DNA of 64,000 bases, taken from NCBI GenBank assembly GCA_027078545.1, contig JALWXN010000004.1, forward strand, positions 32,001 through 96,000, in the 5' to 3' direction. Every line of letters starts with the position of its first letter. The stretch's first letter is position 1. This DNA comes from Nitrososphaeria archaeon (GTDB lineage Archaea > Thermoproteota > Nitrososphaeria > Geothermarchaeales > JDFR-13). Below the pieces are notes generated by a model. It was not told the origin of the DNA and ran no database searches. It saw nothing but the letters and a program-made list of their open reading frames with translations. Of the stretch, positions 9,024-18,080 are shown piece by piece. Made by a program: the position numbers and the translations under genes.

Positions 9024-10410
9024 ACATACGCCTCGTCCTACCCATAGCCTCAAACCCTACATCCCTCACCCTCACAACAAGGGGGAAGTCCGACACGACA
9101 CGGCCAAGTACTAGACAGGACCCCCTACCCAAGTCCTTAACCACTAGCTTCACCGAGTCCGCATCCACGTTAGACACCTTCGAGAGCGTCTCAAGATCCT
9201 TATCGTTGAGGAAGCGGAACACAAAGATGTTGTCCAGCTGCCTAAAGATGGTCTGGTCCAGAGAGTCCGGCTGATTAGTGATGAATACCGGGAAGAGGCC
9301 GAAATGCCTCATCCTAGTGACGATATCCTCCCAGTAGGTCTCCCTAATATAGAGATGAGCCTCCTCAGCGAAGAGGAATAATGGGGGGAGCCTCCTCGCC
9401 TCCAACAGCCTAGAAATCTTGCTCAGGAATATCTCCACAAGTATCCTCCTCTCCACCCCCGATAGATCCCTAAGATTCACTATGTAGCCCCTAGAACCCT
9501 TGAAGAGGTCTTCGAGCCTGAAACTCCCACTAGGATCTATGAACCTACAGTTCTCTAGGATGTTAAGCCTGGATAGTATAGCATCCTTCACCATCAAGTT
9601 CTTAACACTGGCATCTAGATACCTAGCCACTATACCCGAGTTGAACCTACCCTCCCTCCTCATTATAGAGTCCCAGAGCTCGGCCAGGATATTTGAAGAT
9701 ACGTGTGGCAGGTCTAGAATCTTCGTCATCACATTCACAACAGTATCCTTACCCAGATACTCGATGGAGAATACAATATCCTCACCAGGCTCCAAAACCC
9801 TGAAGCCCTCGCTCTCCAAGCCTAGATACTCCCTGTTAAGGTCGAAGATCAACACATTACCACCTAGACCGACCAGGCTATAGGCAAGCAGCTTAGCTAG
9901 ATGAGACTTCCCACTCCCCTTCATCCCAGTTATCAACGTCAGCGACCCGTCAAGCTCATAGGCATCGATAACCACGGGGTTATCCAAGAGGTCAGAACCT
10001 ATAGGGACGGGATACTTAACATCCTTCCCAATTATCTCGAAGAGCCTGTCTGCCGATAACCTAACGATCTTTGAATAAGCCCTTGATGGAAGATCATCCA
10101 CAAAATTGACCGCCCTACCCCCCTTAAAGGCCGACCTAATCTTACACTTCAGGATCTTAAGATCATTAATCAGTATAGATACACGGTCATACTCAACACT
10201 GCCATCATAGGTACTGAGCCTAATCAACCCCTCCCTAATCACCTCCTCGATCAGCCCAGGGACATCCACATATTCAAAGTCCACGACCTGCACAATCAGT
10301 CCTACAGACTTCTCCTCATCCATCACCAGGAGATACTCACCCTTATAGACAGACTCCCCAGGAAAAGCGACTATCTCCAGCGTATCACCCTCCTTCCTAT
10401 ACACCTTCAT
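9016..10410 (-). CDS. HerA-like (FtsK/HerA superfamily, DUF87-type) ATPase
   Basis: HAS-barrel-like N-terminus, Walker A GMKGSGKS, IFDLNREY, Walker B FLFAEEAH, RMRHFG, ITNQP; likely start MKVYRKEG at 10410. Confidence 0.85.
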   Translation of the reverse strand: MKVYRKEGDTLEIVAFPGESVYKGEYLLVMDEEKSVGLIVQVVDFEYVDVPGLIEEVIREGLIRLSTYDGSVEYDRVSILINDLKILKCKIRSAFKGGRAVNFVDDLPSRAYSKIVRLSADRLFEIIGKDVKYPVPIGSDLLDNPVVIDAYELDGSLTLITGMKGSGKSHLAKLLAYSLVGLGGNVLIFDLNREYLGLESEGFRVLEPGEDIVFSIEYLGKDTVVNVMTKILDLPHVSSNILAELWDSIMRREGRFNSGIVARYLDASVKNLMVKDAILSRLNILENCRFIDPSGSFRLEDLFKGSRGYIVNLRDLSGVERRILVEIFLSKISRLLEARRLPPLFLFAEEAHLYIRETYWEDIVTRMRHFGLFPVFITNQPDSLDQTIFRQLDNIFVFRFLNDKDLETLSKVSNVDADSVKLVVKDLGRGSCLVLGRVVSDFPLVVRVRDVGFEAMGRTRRMFS

Positions 10411-11404
10411 CCCTACCGCCCTCCACAGAACCCAATACATGAGGCCTATAGGGGATCGACATCCTAAGCCTCACACCCTTAGAGGCCAGCTGGAATACGA
10501 GGCCAACAATATCCTTAGCACCGAGCTTCGACAGGGTATGGGCCTCGACCAAGACACTGGGATACCCAGTGGGGTTTGAGGGAAGGGAATATACGATATC
10601 TAGGACCTCCTCATCAGACCCTATTGAAACATCCATCCTAAATGGATAGCCACTCGAGACTTTGAGGAACCCCAGATACGTATAGAACCCCTTCACACCA
10701 CCCTTTACACGGGAGACCCCATCAATACCCATCGACCGGAAATAGTTAAGGATAGAGACATACCTCTTAACCAGCCTACTCCTCTTCGATATCCCTACTA
10801 TGTGGACACCCCTCCTAGAAGCCTCCTCAACCACATATCTATAGATATCCGGCCTAACAACACCATGGCCAAGCAGACCATCAAGAAGCACAACTCCACC
10901 CTTTATCCCGCTGACAAGCCTAGCCACTACCGAGTATTCATATACACTTAGGAGGATACGCCTAGCTATACCCAGATCACCGAGGACCGCCGCCTTTGCA
11001 GAGCCATCAAAAATGGTTAATCCAGCCAACTCCTTCAACAACTCTGGATAGAGATACACAGCATGCGGCCCATCCAACCTAACCCTAGTAGACCCATTCA
11101 ACATGTCATACTCAACTACAGCAGACCTTATCCCCATAACGACACCCTCAACACCCTCAGCCAAAGGGACTATTGACGCGTCGACCGCGTATACAACACC
11201 ATCCCAATCAACCTTCTGAAGCACATGGAGAGACTCTGGAACCTCGACATCAGCCCTAGCTATCAACGGTGAGTAGGAGTACTGAGCCCTGGGGAGCCTC
11301 GGTATAAAGACTTTACCCCCAGCCCTCGATAGAGATGTGGATAGAGTCATCTGGATCCTATCCACCACCGTATCTAGCTCAGGCCTCGTCTTTTGAAACT
11401 TCAT
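10397..11404 (-). CDS. NurA-like nuclease
   Basis: YAVDAS, VLLDGLL, VGISKRS and GYPSVLVEAHTLSKL motifs of the NurA family; coupled to the HerA-like gene. Confidence 0.8.
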   Translation of the reverse strand: MKFQKTRPELDTVVDRIQMTLSTSLSRAGGKVFIPRLPRAQYSYSPLIARADVEVPESLHVLQKVDWDGVVYAVDASIVPLAEGVEGVVMGIRSAVVEYDMLNGSTRVRLDGPHAVYLYPELLKELAGLTIFDGSAKAAVLGDLGIARRILLSVYEYSVVARLVSGIKGGVVLLDGLLGHGVVRPDIYRYVVEEASRRGVHIVGISKRSRLVKRYVSILNYFRSMGIDGVSRVKGGVKGFYTYLGFLKVSSGYPFRMDVSIGSDEEVLDIVYSLPSNPTGYPSVLVEAHTLSKLGAKDIVGLVFQLASKGVRLRMSIPYRPHVLGSVEGGRDEGV

Positions 11405-11435
11405 AAAGCTTCATGAATACTATTGAATAAACAAG

Positions 11436-11445
11436 TATTTAAATA
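11436..11445. promoter_or_regulatory. Palindromic TATA box TATTTAAATA, probably bidirectional
   Basis: Perfect palindrome lying about 32 nt from the nurA ATG (11404) and about 28 nt from the wHTH ATG (11473). Confidence 0.55.
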
Positions 11446-11472
11446 TTTCACATGAGGAAATCATTAGGTGGG

Positions 11473-11856
11473 ATGGATGACGAGGTCAAGGTGAAGGTTA
11501 GGATAGGAGATATCGAGGTGGAGATAACAGGCACCCCCGATAAGATTGGGGAGGTCGTCCCCAACATCATAGAGAGTATCAGGTCGGGAGCCACCCCAAA
11601 GGAGCAGAGGAAACCAGTTGGGAGGAGCTGCAAAGACGTCATCTACGAGCTATGGAGAGAGGGGTGGTTCAAGGAGGAGAGGAGGCTTGGAGACGTATAT
11701 GAAGAGCTGACTAGGAGGGGGTACTACTTCGACAAGAGTGCCATATCCCACGCCCTCTCCTCACTAGTGAAGGAGGGTATACTCACCCGCATGGGGAGAG
11801 AGAGGAGATATACCTATGTCCAGAAGATACCCTACACAGCCAAGATCCGCGGCTAG
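11473..11856 (+). CDS. Hypothetical protein: N-terminal beta-rich module plus C-terminal winged HTH
   Basis: VKVKVRIGDIEVEITG; RRLGDVYEELTRRGYYFDKSAISHALSSLVKEGILTR wHTH; likely start 11473. Confidence 0.8.
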   Translation: MDDEVKVKVRIGDIEVEITGTPDKIGEVVPNIIESIRSGATPKEQRKPVGRSCKDVIYELWREGWFKEERRLGDVYEELTRRGYYFDKSAISHALSSLVKEGILTRMGRERRYTYVQKIPYTAKIRG

Positions 11857-12332
11857 AGCTTCTCAAGAAGATAGAGCAGCCCCCTCAACGAGATCTTATA
11901 CCTGACCGGCTTACCACCCACCTTCTCAACAAGCCCCATGGATCTAAGCTCACTAAGCCTTGAAGAGACAGACTTAGGTGTAGAGACGACAATACTCGAT
12001 AATTGGTCAAGCGTCATAGACTCCTCCCTCCTAAGGCCGGATACATGTAGAACCCTGGAGAGCCCCAAGGCACTCAGGATCTTTAGCTGCATAGATAGTC
12101 CATCGGCCTCCTCGAGTAGGACGATCTCACCATCCATCGTAGCCTTCGCAACCCTACTAAGCTTCTCCGATAGGGCCTTATAGTCAGGCTCTATGAAGAG
12201 GGACGAGGCAAGCCTCATCCCAGGGACTACCTTGTCTAGCCATAGCATAACCTGCTCCTTGACCTCCAGCGGATCCCCCTCGAAATCAGCCTCCAAATCG
12301 CCATATTTCAGGTGGACCTTGAGATCGGTCAT
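11853..12332 (-). CDS. Hypothetical protein: N-terminal beta-rich module plus C-terminal winged HTH
   Basis: LKVHLKYGDLEADFEG; MTLDQLSSIVVSTPKSVSSRLSELRSMGLVEK wHTH. Confidence 0.8.
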   Translation of the reverse strand: MTDLKVHLKYGDLEADFEGDPLEVKEQVMLWLDKVVPGMRLASSLFIEPDYKALSEKLSRVAKATMDGEIVLLEEADGLSMQLKILSALGLSRVLHVSGLRREESMTLDQLSSIVVSTPKSVSSRLSELRSMGLVEKVGGKPVRYKISLRGLLYLLEKL

Positions 12333-12348
12333 TCCGCCTAGTCACCAG

Positions 12349-12780
12349 TCATGGCCCTGCGGAGACATATCTATATATCTTGTCATCACCCTTAATACGT
12401 CTCAACTCCCCCCTCTCCACAAGCCGCTTGAGAGTTACAGCGACAGTGCTCTTATTGAAATACTGGCCCATAGATGCCAGGGCATCGATCACCTCCTTCA
12501 ACGTCCGGGGCTTCCTACCCCACTCACTATCAAACATCTTCCTCAGTATCGAGGGGAGATTGTCACCCCTCTCTATCTTGATGCTGGGCAGGTCGATCTC
12601 CAGCTCCTCCTCTCCTTGTACCTCATCACTAGGCTCCAAAACCTCGGCTTCAAATTGGGATAGTGAGACCACCTTCTCCAGGAAGTAGTCCACGTCCTCC
12701 CTACTCCCCCTAACCTCTATCTTCAATACCGTCCCACCACTCCTCCTCAGGACTACCTTTAGATACACCTCGTCACTCAT
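12349..12780 (-). CDS. Hypothetical protein: N-terminal beta-rich module plus C-terminal winged HTH
   Basis: LKVVLRRSGGTVLKIEVRG; PRTLKEVIDALASMGQYFNKSTVAVTLKRLVERGELRR wHTH; ATGA overlap with gatE. Confidence 0.8.
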   Translation of the reverse strand: MSDEVYLKVVLRRSGGTVLKIEVRGSREDVDYFLEKVVSLSQFEAEVLEPSDEVQGEEELEIDLPSIKIERGDNLPSILRKMFDSEWGRKPRTLKEVIDALASMGQYFNKSTVAVTLKRLVERGELRRIKGDDKIYRYVSAGP

Positions 12781-14651
12781 ACTATCTCCTCCACCAGCCT
12801 TAGAACGGTCTTCGGATCCACCTTTCCACGATACTTAGACATTGCTATACCCATCAGCCTCTTAACAAGTATTTCACGTGGAAGCTCCCTCAGATCACTA
12901 CGGGTCTCCAAAACCCCCATCAGGAATGACCGGAGCTCCTCCGTATCCATAGACATTTTATGCCTCTCAATAGCATCATCTACATCCATACCCTTGGCAA
13001 CCTCCCTATACACCTCCTCCACAGCCTCCTTAGCCAATACACCCCTATCAACAGCCTGTGCAACCCTCAGCATCACTTCTGGGGTGACACGCTCCATATC
13101 GACACCCTCCCGTGACAGGGAGCGGGGGATCGACCTTATCAGGTGTATAACATATCTAGGCTTCAGATTCTTGGAGCTACTAAGTATGGATTCGAAGAGG
13201 TCTAGCAGATCCGAGTCATATAGATCCTCGGCCTCCTCCCTCGAGATACCATACCTCTCCACCAACTCATTAATAACCTCCTCCGGATCCCTGACAACTA
13301 TCCTCTCACGTATATCCTTAATCCTCGAGGGCCCGACAGGGATTGGTGGGACATCAGTCTCCGGATACATCCTAGCCATCCCCGGCCTAGGCCTCATGTA
13401 ATAAGTGGACCCATCGGGACCCGCTGCCCTAGTCTCCGGGGGGACGCCATCCAGGGCCTCGGCACAACGCTCCCTAATCTTCTCAAAGGTCAGCTCCCTA
13501 AGGCTCGGATCCTCAAGCCCCACTATTATGAAGCCATCCATCTCATCCATACCCAGCCTTCTACGTACAGCCTCCACCTCCTCACTAGATATGCCGTATC
13601 CCGGCAGCTCATCACTATGGAATAACCCCTTGAGACCAGTCCAGAAACGCAGCCTATCCAGTATCTCCCTAGCGAACGTCCTACCCCCAATATCCATGCC
13701 CAGGATACCCGCAAACTTGGGTAGTCTTATCCCGAATACCTCTCCACCCCTATCCAAAACCCTCCGGACAATCTTACTCGATGTGGACCTGAATATATCT
13801 GTCAGGAGAACCTCCTCCTGTGAAGCTATCTCCTCCTTGGATACACCCCTATCGGCTAGGATACGGGCTATCTCTATCAGCTTCCTCTGCCTATTATATT
13901 CATATCTAATCACAGCCTCCAGCTGATCAAGCTGCTGCACACCCTTTATCTCGACCACTGCTCCACCATCAACAGATATGTTTACATCCTGCCTGACACT
14001 CCCGATCCCCCCTCTCTTATACCCAGTAGACCTAACCAGCCTCCCAAGGTATCTAGCCACCCTGACAGCCTCATCAGGCGAGGATATGTCTGGGGCTGTA
14101 GAGATCTCTATCAAGGGTATGCCCAGCCTATCCAAGGAGTAGTGAGCCGTACTACCCTCCCTACCCAAGAGTCGAGACGCCTCCTCCTCAATGGCTAGGG
14201 ACTGGACACCATACCTCTTATCACCTATGTAGAAATAGCCATTGATACCCACCATACCAGTCCTCTGAAAACCAGTTGTGTTGGACCCGTCTACAACTAT
14301 CTTCCTCATAAATATCAGTTCATCCACCACATCCATCCCGAGATAATCAGCTATCGCCACTGCTACATCGATAGCCAACTCGTCAGGAAGATGCGGGGGC
14401 TCCTCATCCATCTCCACTAGGCAGCTAGACTCTACTGGGGAGGAATACCTAATCGTCAGGCCCTTCTCAAACTCGAAGAGCGCTGCTGGATCGACCTGGC
14501 CCAGCTCACTCTGGGTAGGCCTAAGCCTCCTAATAAAGTCTATATCCCTACCCACCACCGGGTTTGATGGGCATTTACAGAACAGCTTCCTACCAGTATC
14601 CAGCTGTATATGAACCTCCAGCCCAACCTTCAGACCCTTATATCCAGTCAT
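12777..14651 (-). CDS. gatE: Glu-tRNA(Gln) amidotransferase subunit E
   Basis: GLKVGLEVHIQL, RKIVVDGSNTTGFQRT, LDRLGIPLIEISTAPD, RPRPGMARMYPETD. Confidence 0.97.
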   Translation of the reverse strand: MTGYKGLKVGLEVHIQLDTGRKLFCKCPSNPVVGRDIDFIRRLRPTQSELGQVDPAALFEFEKGLTIRYSSPVESSCLVEMDEEPPHLPDELAIDVAVAIADYLGMDVVDELIFMRKIVVDGSNTTGFQRTGMVGINGYFYIGDKRYGVQSLAIEEEASRLLGREGSTAHYSLDRLGIPLIEISTAPDISSPDEAVRVARYLGRLVRSTGYKRGGIGSVRQDVNISVDGGAVVEIKGVQQLDQLEAVIRYEYNRQRKLIEIARILADRGVSKEEIASQEEVLLTDIFRSTSSKIVRRVLDRGGEVFGIRLPKFAGILGMDIGGRTFAREILDRLRFWTGLKGLFHSDELPGYGISSEEVEAVRRRLGMDEMDGFIIVGLEDPSLRELTFEKIRERCAEALDGVPPETRAAGPDGSTYYMRPRPGMARMYPETDVPPIPVGPSRIKDIRERIVVRDPEEVINELVERYGISREEAEDLYDSDLLDLFESILSSSKNLKPRYVIHLIRSIPRSLSREGVDMERVTPEVMLRVAQAVDRGVLAKEAVEEVYREVAKGMDVDDAIERHKMSMDTEELRSFLMGVLETRSDLRELPREILVKRLMGIAMSKYRGKVDPKTVLRLVEEIV

Positions 14652-15978
14652 CTACACACCTCCTCCTCGCCGGGAAACTCCTCGGGAGTATATCGTGGGA
14701 TATAGGCGTTGGCATGAGAGTATCGAGATAGTCCTTGCCAAAGCTCCCCAGGATCCAGGTAGCCTTTACATAGGCGGTCTCTGAGAGCATATCCTCAAGG
14801 GGCACCACGCCTATACGTAGGAGATCCCTACCGGTGTCATACACCCTGAGGTTCGTCCTACCCCATATACACTGCGAAGCCATAAAGACCCGGACCTCCT
14901 CTATAAACTCCTCCAAAACCTCTATAACACCCTGGGACACGTGGCCAAGGCCGGATCCCTCAATCACCAATGCATCAATACCAGAGGCCATGACCAGCCT
15001 GACCACACTCGGATCCATGCCGGGGAAGAATTTGAGTAGGAAGACGCCCCTCTCTGCGAAGCCAGGCCTATACTCCACACTACCCCCACCCCTCTTGACA
15101 AATCTCAGCTCATCCCTAAGCCAGGTATATCTGATCTCCTTGAGATTCTTAACGAGGGCTAGGGGAGGGGCGCCAATAGTCTCGAAGGCATATCTGGCAC
15201 TGGTATGGTTCTTCCTAACCCTTGTACCCAGATGGATAGCCACCAAGTCATCAGATGTCGTGTGATGCATAGCTACGAAGACCCCACCAACATCCATATT
15301 CCCAGCAGCGTATAGGGCCGAGAGGAGATTAACAGCAGCATCGGAGCTAGGCCTATCACTAGACCTCTGGGACCCCACCAGTATAACGGGGATATCTATG
15401 CCCCTAAGTGCATAGCTCAAGGCTGCCGACGTATAGCCGAGTGTGTCAGTACCATGGAGAACAACGACTCCATCCACACCATCCCTATAGGCCCCATAGA
15501 CAGCATCCGCTATCTTAGCCCAGTCACCAGGTGTGAGATGCTCACTATACTTATTCATCAGGACTACAGTCTCAATATCCGCTATATCGAGAACCTCAGG
15601 AATGATGTCGAAGAGATCCTCGGGCGTAACAGCTGACCTAACACCTCCCGTTCTATAATCCACCCTACTCAGTATGGTACCACCCACCGCGATGATCCTA
15701 ACCCGGGGCAGGGAGGAGGGTCTCTCCACCCTTCTCCTGACACTCTCAACACCACTCCATGGAGGCTCCAAACGCCTCACATCGACTATACGATCCATCC
15801 TCATCCCAATGTTATACCCATTATCCAGCTTCAGGATCAGGATATCCTCCCCTGAGAAGATGGTCTTAGGCATCAAAACGCCCCTAAGCCTCTTACCACC
15901 ATCATACACAATCTCTACATAGTCCCCCACCCTAACTCCGAAGCGTTCCAAGAAGACCTCGTAGATAGACCTCGTCAT
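14638..15978 (-). CDS. gatD: Glu-tRNA(Gln) amidotransferase subunit D
   Basis: LKLDNGYNIG, GGTILSRVDYRTG, HGTDTLGYT, GSQRSSDRPSSDA. Confidence 0.97.
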   Translation of the reverse strand: MTRSIYEVFLERFGVRVGDYVEIVYDGGKRLRGVLMPKTIFSGEDILILKLDNGYNIGMRMDRIVDVRRLEPPWSGVESVRRRVERPSSLPRVRIIAVGGTILSRVDYRTGGVRSAVTPEDLFDIIPEVLDIADIETVVLMNKYSEHLTPGDWAKIADAVYGAYRDGVDGVVVLHGTDTLGYTSAALSYALRGIDIPVILVGSQRSSDRPSSDAAVNLLSALYAAGNMDVGGVFVAMHHTTSDDLVAIHLGTRVRKNHTSARYAFETIGAPPLALVKNLKEIRYTWLRDELRFVKRGGGSVEYRPGFAERGVFLLKFFPGMDPSVVRLVMASGIDALVIEGSGLGHVSQGVIEVLEEFIEEVRVFMASQCIWGRTNLRVYDTGRDLLRIGVVPLEDMLSETAYVKATWILGSFGKDYLDTLMPTPISHDILPRSFPARRRCVDDWI

Positions 15979-15982
15979 CCCA

Positions 15983-17608
15983 TCACCCCAGATACTTACT
16001 CACGTATGGACCATCCCTCCTATATCCATGCCTATAGTAGTACTCCCTCACACCCACACCACTGATAACCAGGATCTTCTCCCCACCAAGTGTAGAGGCA
16101 TAATCCTCCGCCACACTAAGCAGTCTCGACCCCACACCACTATGCTGCCAACTACTCTCACCACTCGGCGATCCCAGGGGGAGGCTCCTGCCATATACAT
16201 GTAGCTCCCTAACGATGAAGCTCTCACTAGAAACAATCTCCTCACGCCACGCCCTATGGGACGGCCTCCTAAGCCTGATAAAGCCTATGATAATATCCTT
16301 CTCAACATCCTCCATACTGATGAAGAACTCTAGACCATGGCTAGCCGAATACCTCCTCACCCTTATCACATATCGATCGGGATTAACACCCTCCTTAACA
16401 TACCTATGCCCAGCCTCCCTACACCTGATACATCTACACCTAGCCTCACGGAGAGATAGCTCCTCATAGACCAGCTGCCTAAGGTTGGGATACCTAACCC
16501 CAGCCACAACCTCCGTCGACGGTATATCCCTATTGACCCTCATCACCCTGGTCCACGGCGGGATATAGTTCATCTTAACAGTCGCGATGAGGTCCCTAGC
16601 CTCCTCCGTCTCCAGGGGCTTGTAACGACCCTCCCTCCACAGCTTAATAAGCCCTGTATGCTCGAGGACCAGGGTGGGATATATCTTTAGATGGTCAGGT
16701 AGGTAGAGATCACTAGTGAATACCCGTTCGAAGACCTGGATATCATCTGCAAAACTTGTCAACGGAAGGCCAGGCATCAGGTGATACGTAACCTTCAGAC
16801 CAGCATCCTTAAGTAGCTGAGTAGCATCCACAACATCCCACTGCGTATGTCCCCTATTCACAAATCTATGGACATTATCATATATCGATTGGACACCAAG
16901 CTCAACACGGGTAGCACCGTGCTCCAACATCCAGTCAATATCCTCCTCCTTAGCGGCGTCGGGCTTAGTCTCGAAGGCCAGGCCTACAATCCTATACCTA
17001 GAACGCTCCGCAGCCACTAGAGCCTCATCCATTGACCTAGGATAGTAGCCAATGAAGAACTGGAATAGCCTCTTCATATAGGCCTCACGATACCACTCGG
17101 GAGACTTGTTAAAAGTCCCTCCCTGGATAACTATATCGATCTTATCGGTTGAATGGCCCATACTCTCCAGCTGCCTAACCCTACTCTCAACCTGTCTATA
17201 GGGATCAAACTGGAAGTTTATACCCCTCATAGCACTTGGCTCCTTACCAGTATAGGATATAGGCGCATCGGGGTAGTGCGGACAATAGATGCACCTACCA
17301 TGGGGGCACTCAAATGGAGCCGTCATAATAGCCACGATAACTATCCCAGAAATACTCCTGACAGGCTTCTTCAAGAGGAGAGACCTGACACTCTCCGAGG
17401 AGATATAGGGGATCAGATCCGCATTACTAGGTGTGTAGCCGAGGCCAAACTTCTTAGCTGCCTCCAGCTTAACCCTCTGCACCACATCCCTAGAGACGGA
17501 TCCATATATCCTAATATGGTCGGAGAGCCTCCTCTCAACATACCTGGCTACCATCTCGACAACAGAGGCTCCAGTCGACACAGCCACACCTCCCCATTTA
17601 GATAACAC
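15983..17608 (-). CDS. elp3: Elp3-type tRNA U34 carboxymethyltransferase (radical SAM + GNAT)
   Basis: CPHGRCIYCP radical SAM motif, VRELHVYG, WQHSGVGSRLL, VISGVGVREYY. Confidence 0.95.
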   Translation of the reverse strand: MLSKWGGVAVSTGASVVEMVARYVERRLSDHIRIYGSVSRDVVQRVKLEAAKKFGLGYTPSNADLIPYISSESVRSLLLKKPVRSISGIVIVAIMTAPFECPHGRCIYCPHYPDAPISYTGKEPSAMRGINFQFDPYRQVESRVRQLESMGHSTDKIDIVIQGGTFNKSPEWYREAYMKRLFQFFIGYYPRSMDEALVAAERSRYRIVGLAFETKPDAAKEEDIDWMLEHGATRVELGVQSIYDNVHRFVNRGHTQWDVVDATQLLKDAGLKVTYHLMPGLPLTSFADDIQVFERVFTSDLYLPDHLKIYPTLVLEHTGLIKLWREGRYKPLETEEARDLIATVKMNYIPPWTRVMRVNRDIPSTEVVAGVRYPNLRQLVYEELSLREARCRCIRCREAGHRYVKEGVNPDRYVIRVRRYSASHGLEFFISMEDVEKDIIIGFIRLRRPSHRAWREEIVSSESFIVRELHVYGRSLPLGSPSGESSWQHSGVGSRLLSVAEDYASTLGGEKILVISGVGVREYYYRHGYRRDGPYVSKYLG

Positions 17609-17672
17609 AAATGAATGGTTTATAGTGTTGAAGTAGGTAAATACACGGTTTACACATAGTTTACATCTTTGG

Positions 17673-17698
17673 CCAGCCCCAACTATTTATAGGGCTGG
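17673..17698 (+). promoter_or_regulatory. TATA box (TATTTATA, 17684-17691) enclosed by inverted repeat CCAGCCC-N12-GGGCTGG upstream of rps30e
   Basis: Read directly from the sequence; GGTGA SD follows before the ATG at 17731. Confidence 0.5.
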
Positions 17699-17730
17699 AC
17701 ACCTATCAAATCTCTATAGGTGATGGATAC

Positions 17731-17898
17731 ATGGGTACACACGGTTCACTAACAAAGGCCGGGAAGGTTAGGTCCCTCACCCCAAAGATAGACCCACTAC
17801 CAAAGCCCCCGACAAATCCCAAGAAGAGGAATAGGGCCAACTTCAAGAAGAGGATAATCCAGGGTAGGAGGCCTGGACAGTTCAGGGGAAGGTTCTAA
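17731..17898 (+). CDS. rps30e: 30S ribosomal protein eS30 (55 aa, absent from ORF track)
   Basis: Manual translation MGTHGSLTKAGKVRSLTPKIDPLPKPPTNPKKRNRANFKKRII...; HGSLTKAGKVR is the S30e signature. Confidence 0.95.
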   Translation: MGTHGSLTKAGKVRSLTPKIDPLPKPPTNPKKRNRANFKKRIIQGRRPGQFRGRF

Positions 17899-17906
17899 CC
17901 AACCGA

Positions 17907-17914
17907 TATTTTTT
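17907..17914 (+). terminator. Oligo-T putative terminator after rps30e
   Basis: TATTTTTT about 10 nt after the stop codon. Confidence 0.4.
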
Positions 17915-18080
17915 ACCCGAGCACTCTATATTCCAAACAATTATTCAATTCTCTACACCTCGGACCATCTAGAGGAGTGTCCTCCCCTCCAGACAATCTC
18001 GGGCTACGGGCAACTATAATAGTCCTATCAACCTATCTAAAGACAAGGGGATGGAGGATACTGGGCAGTAGACACATTAT

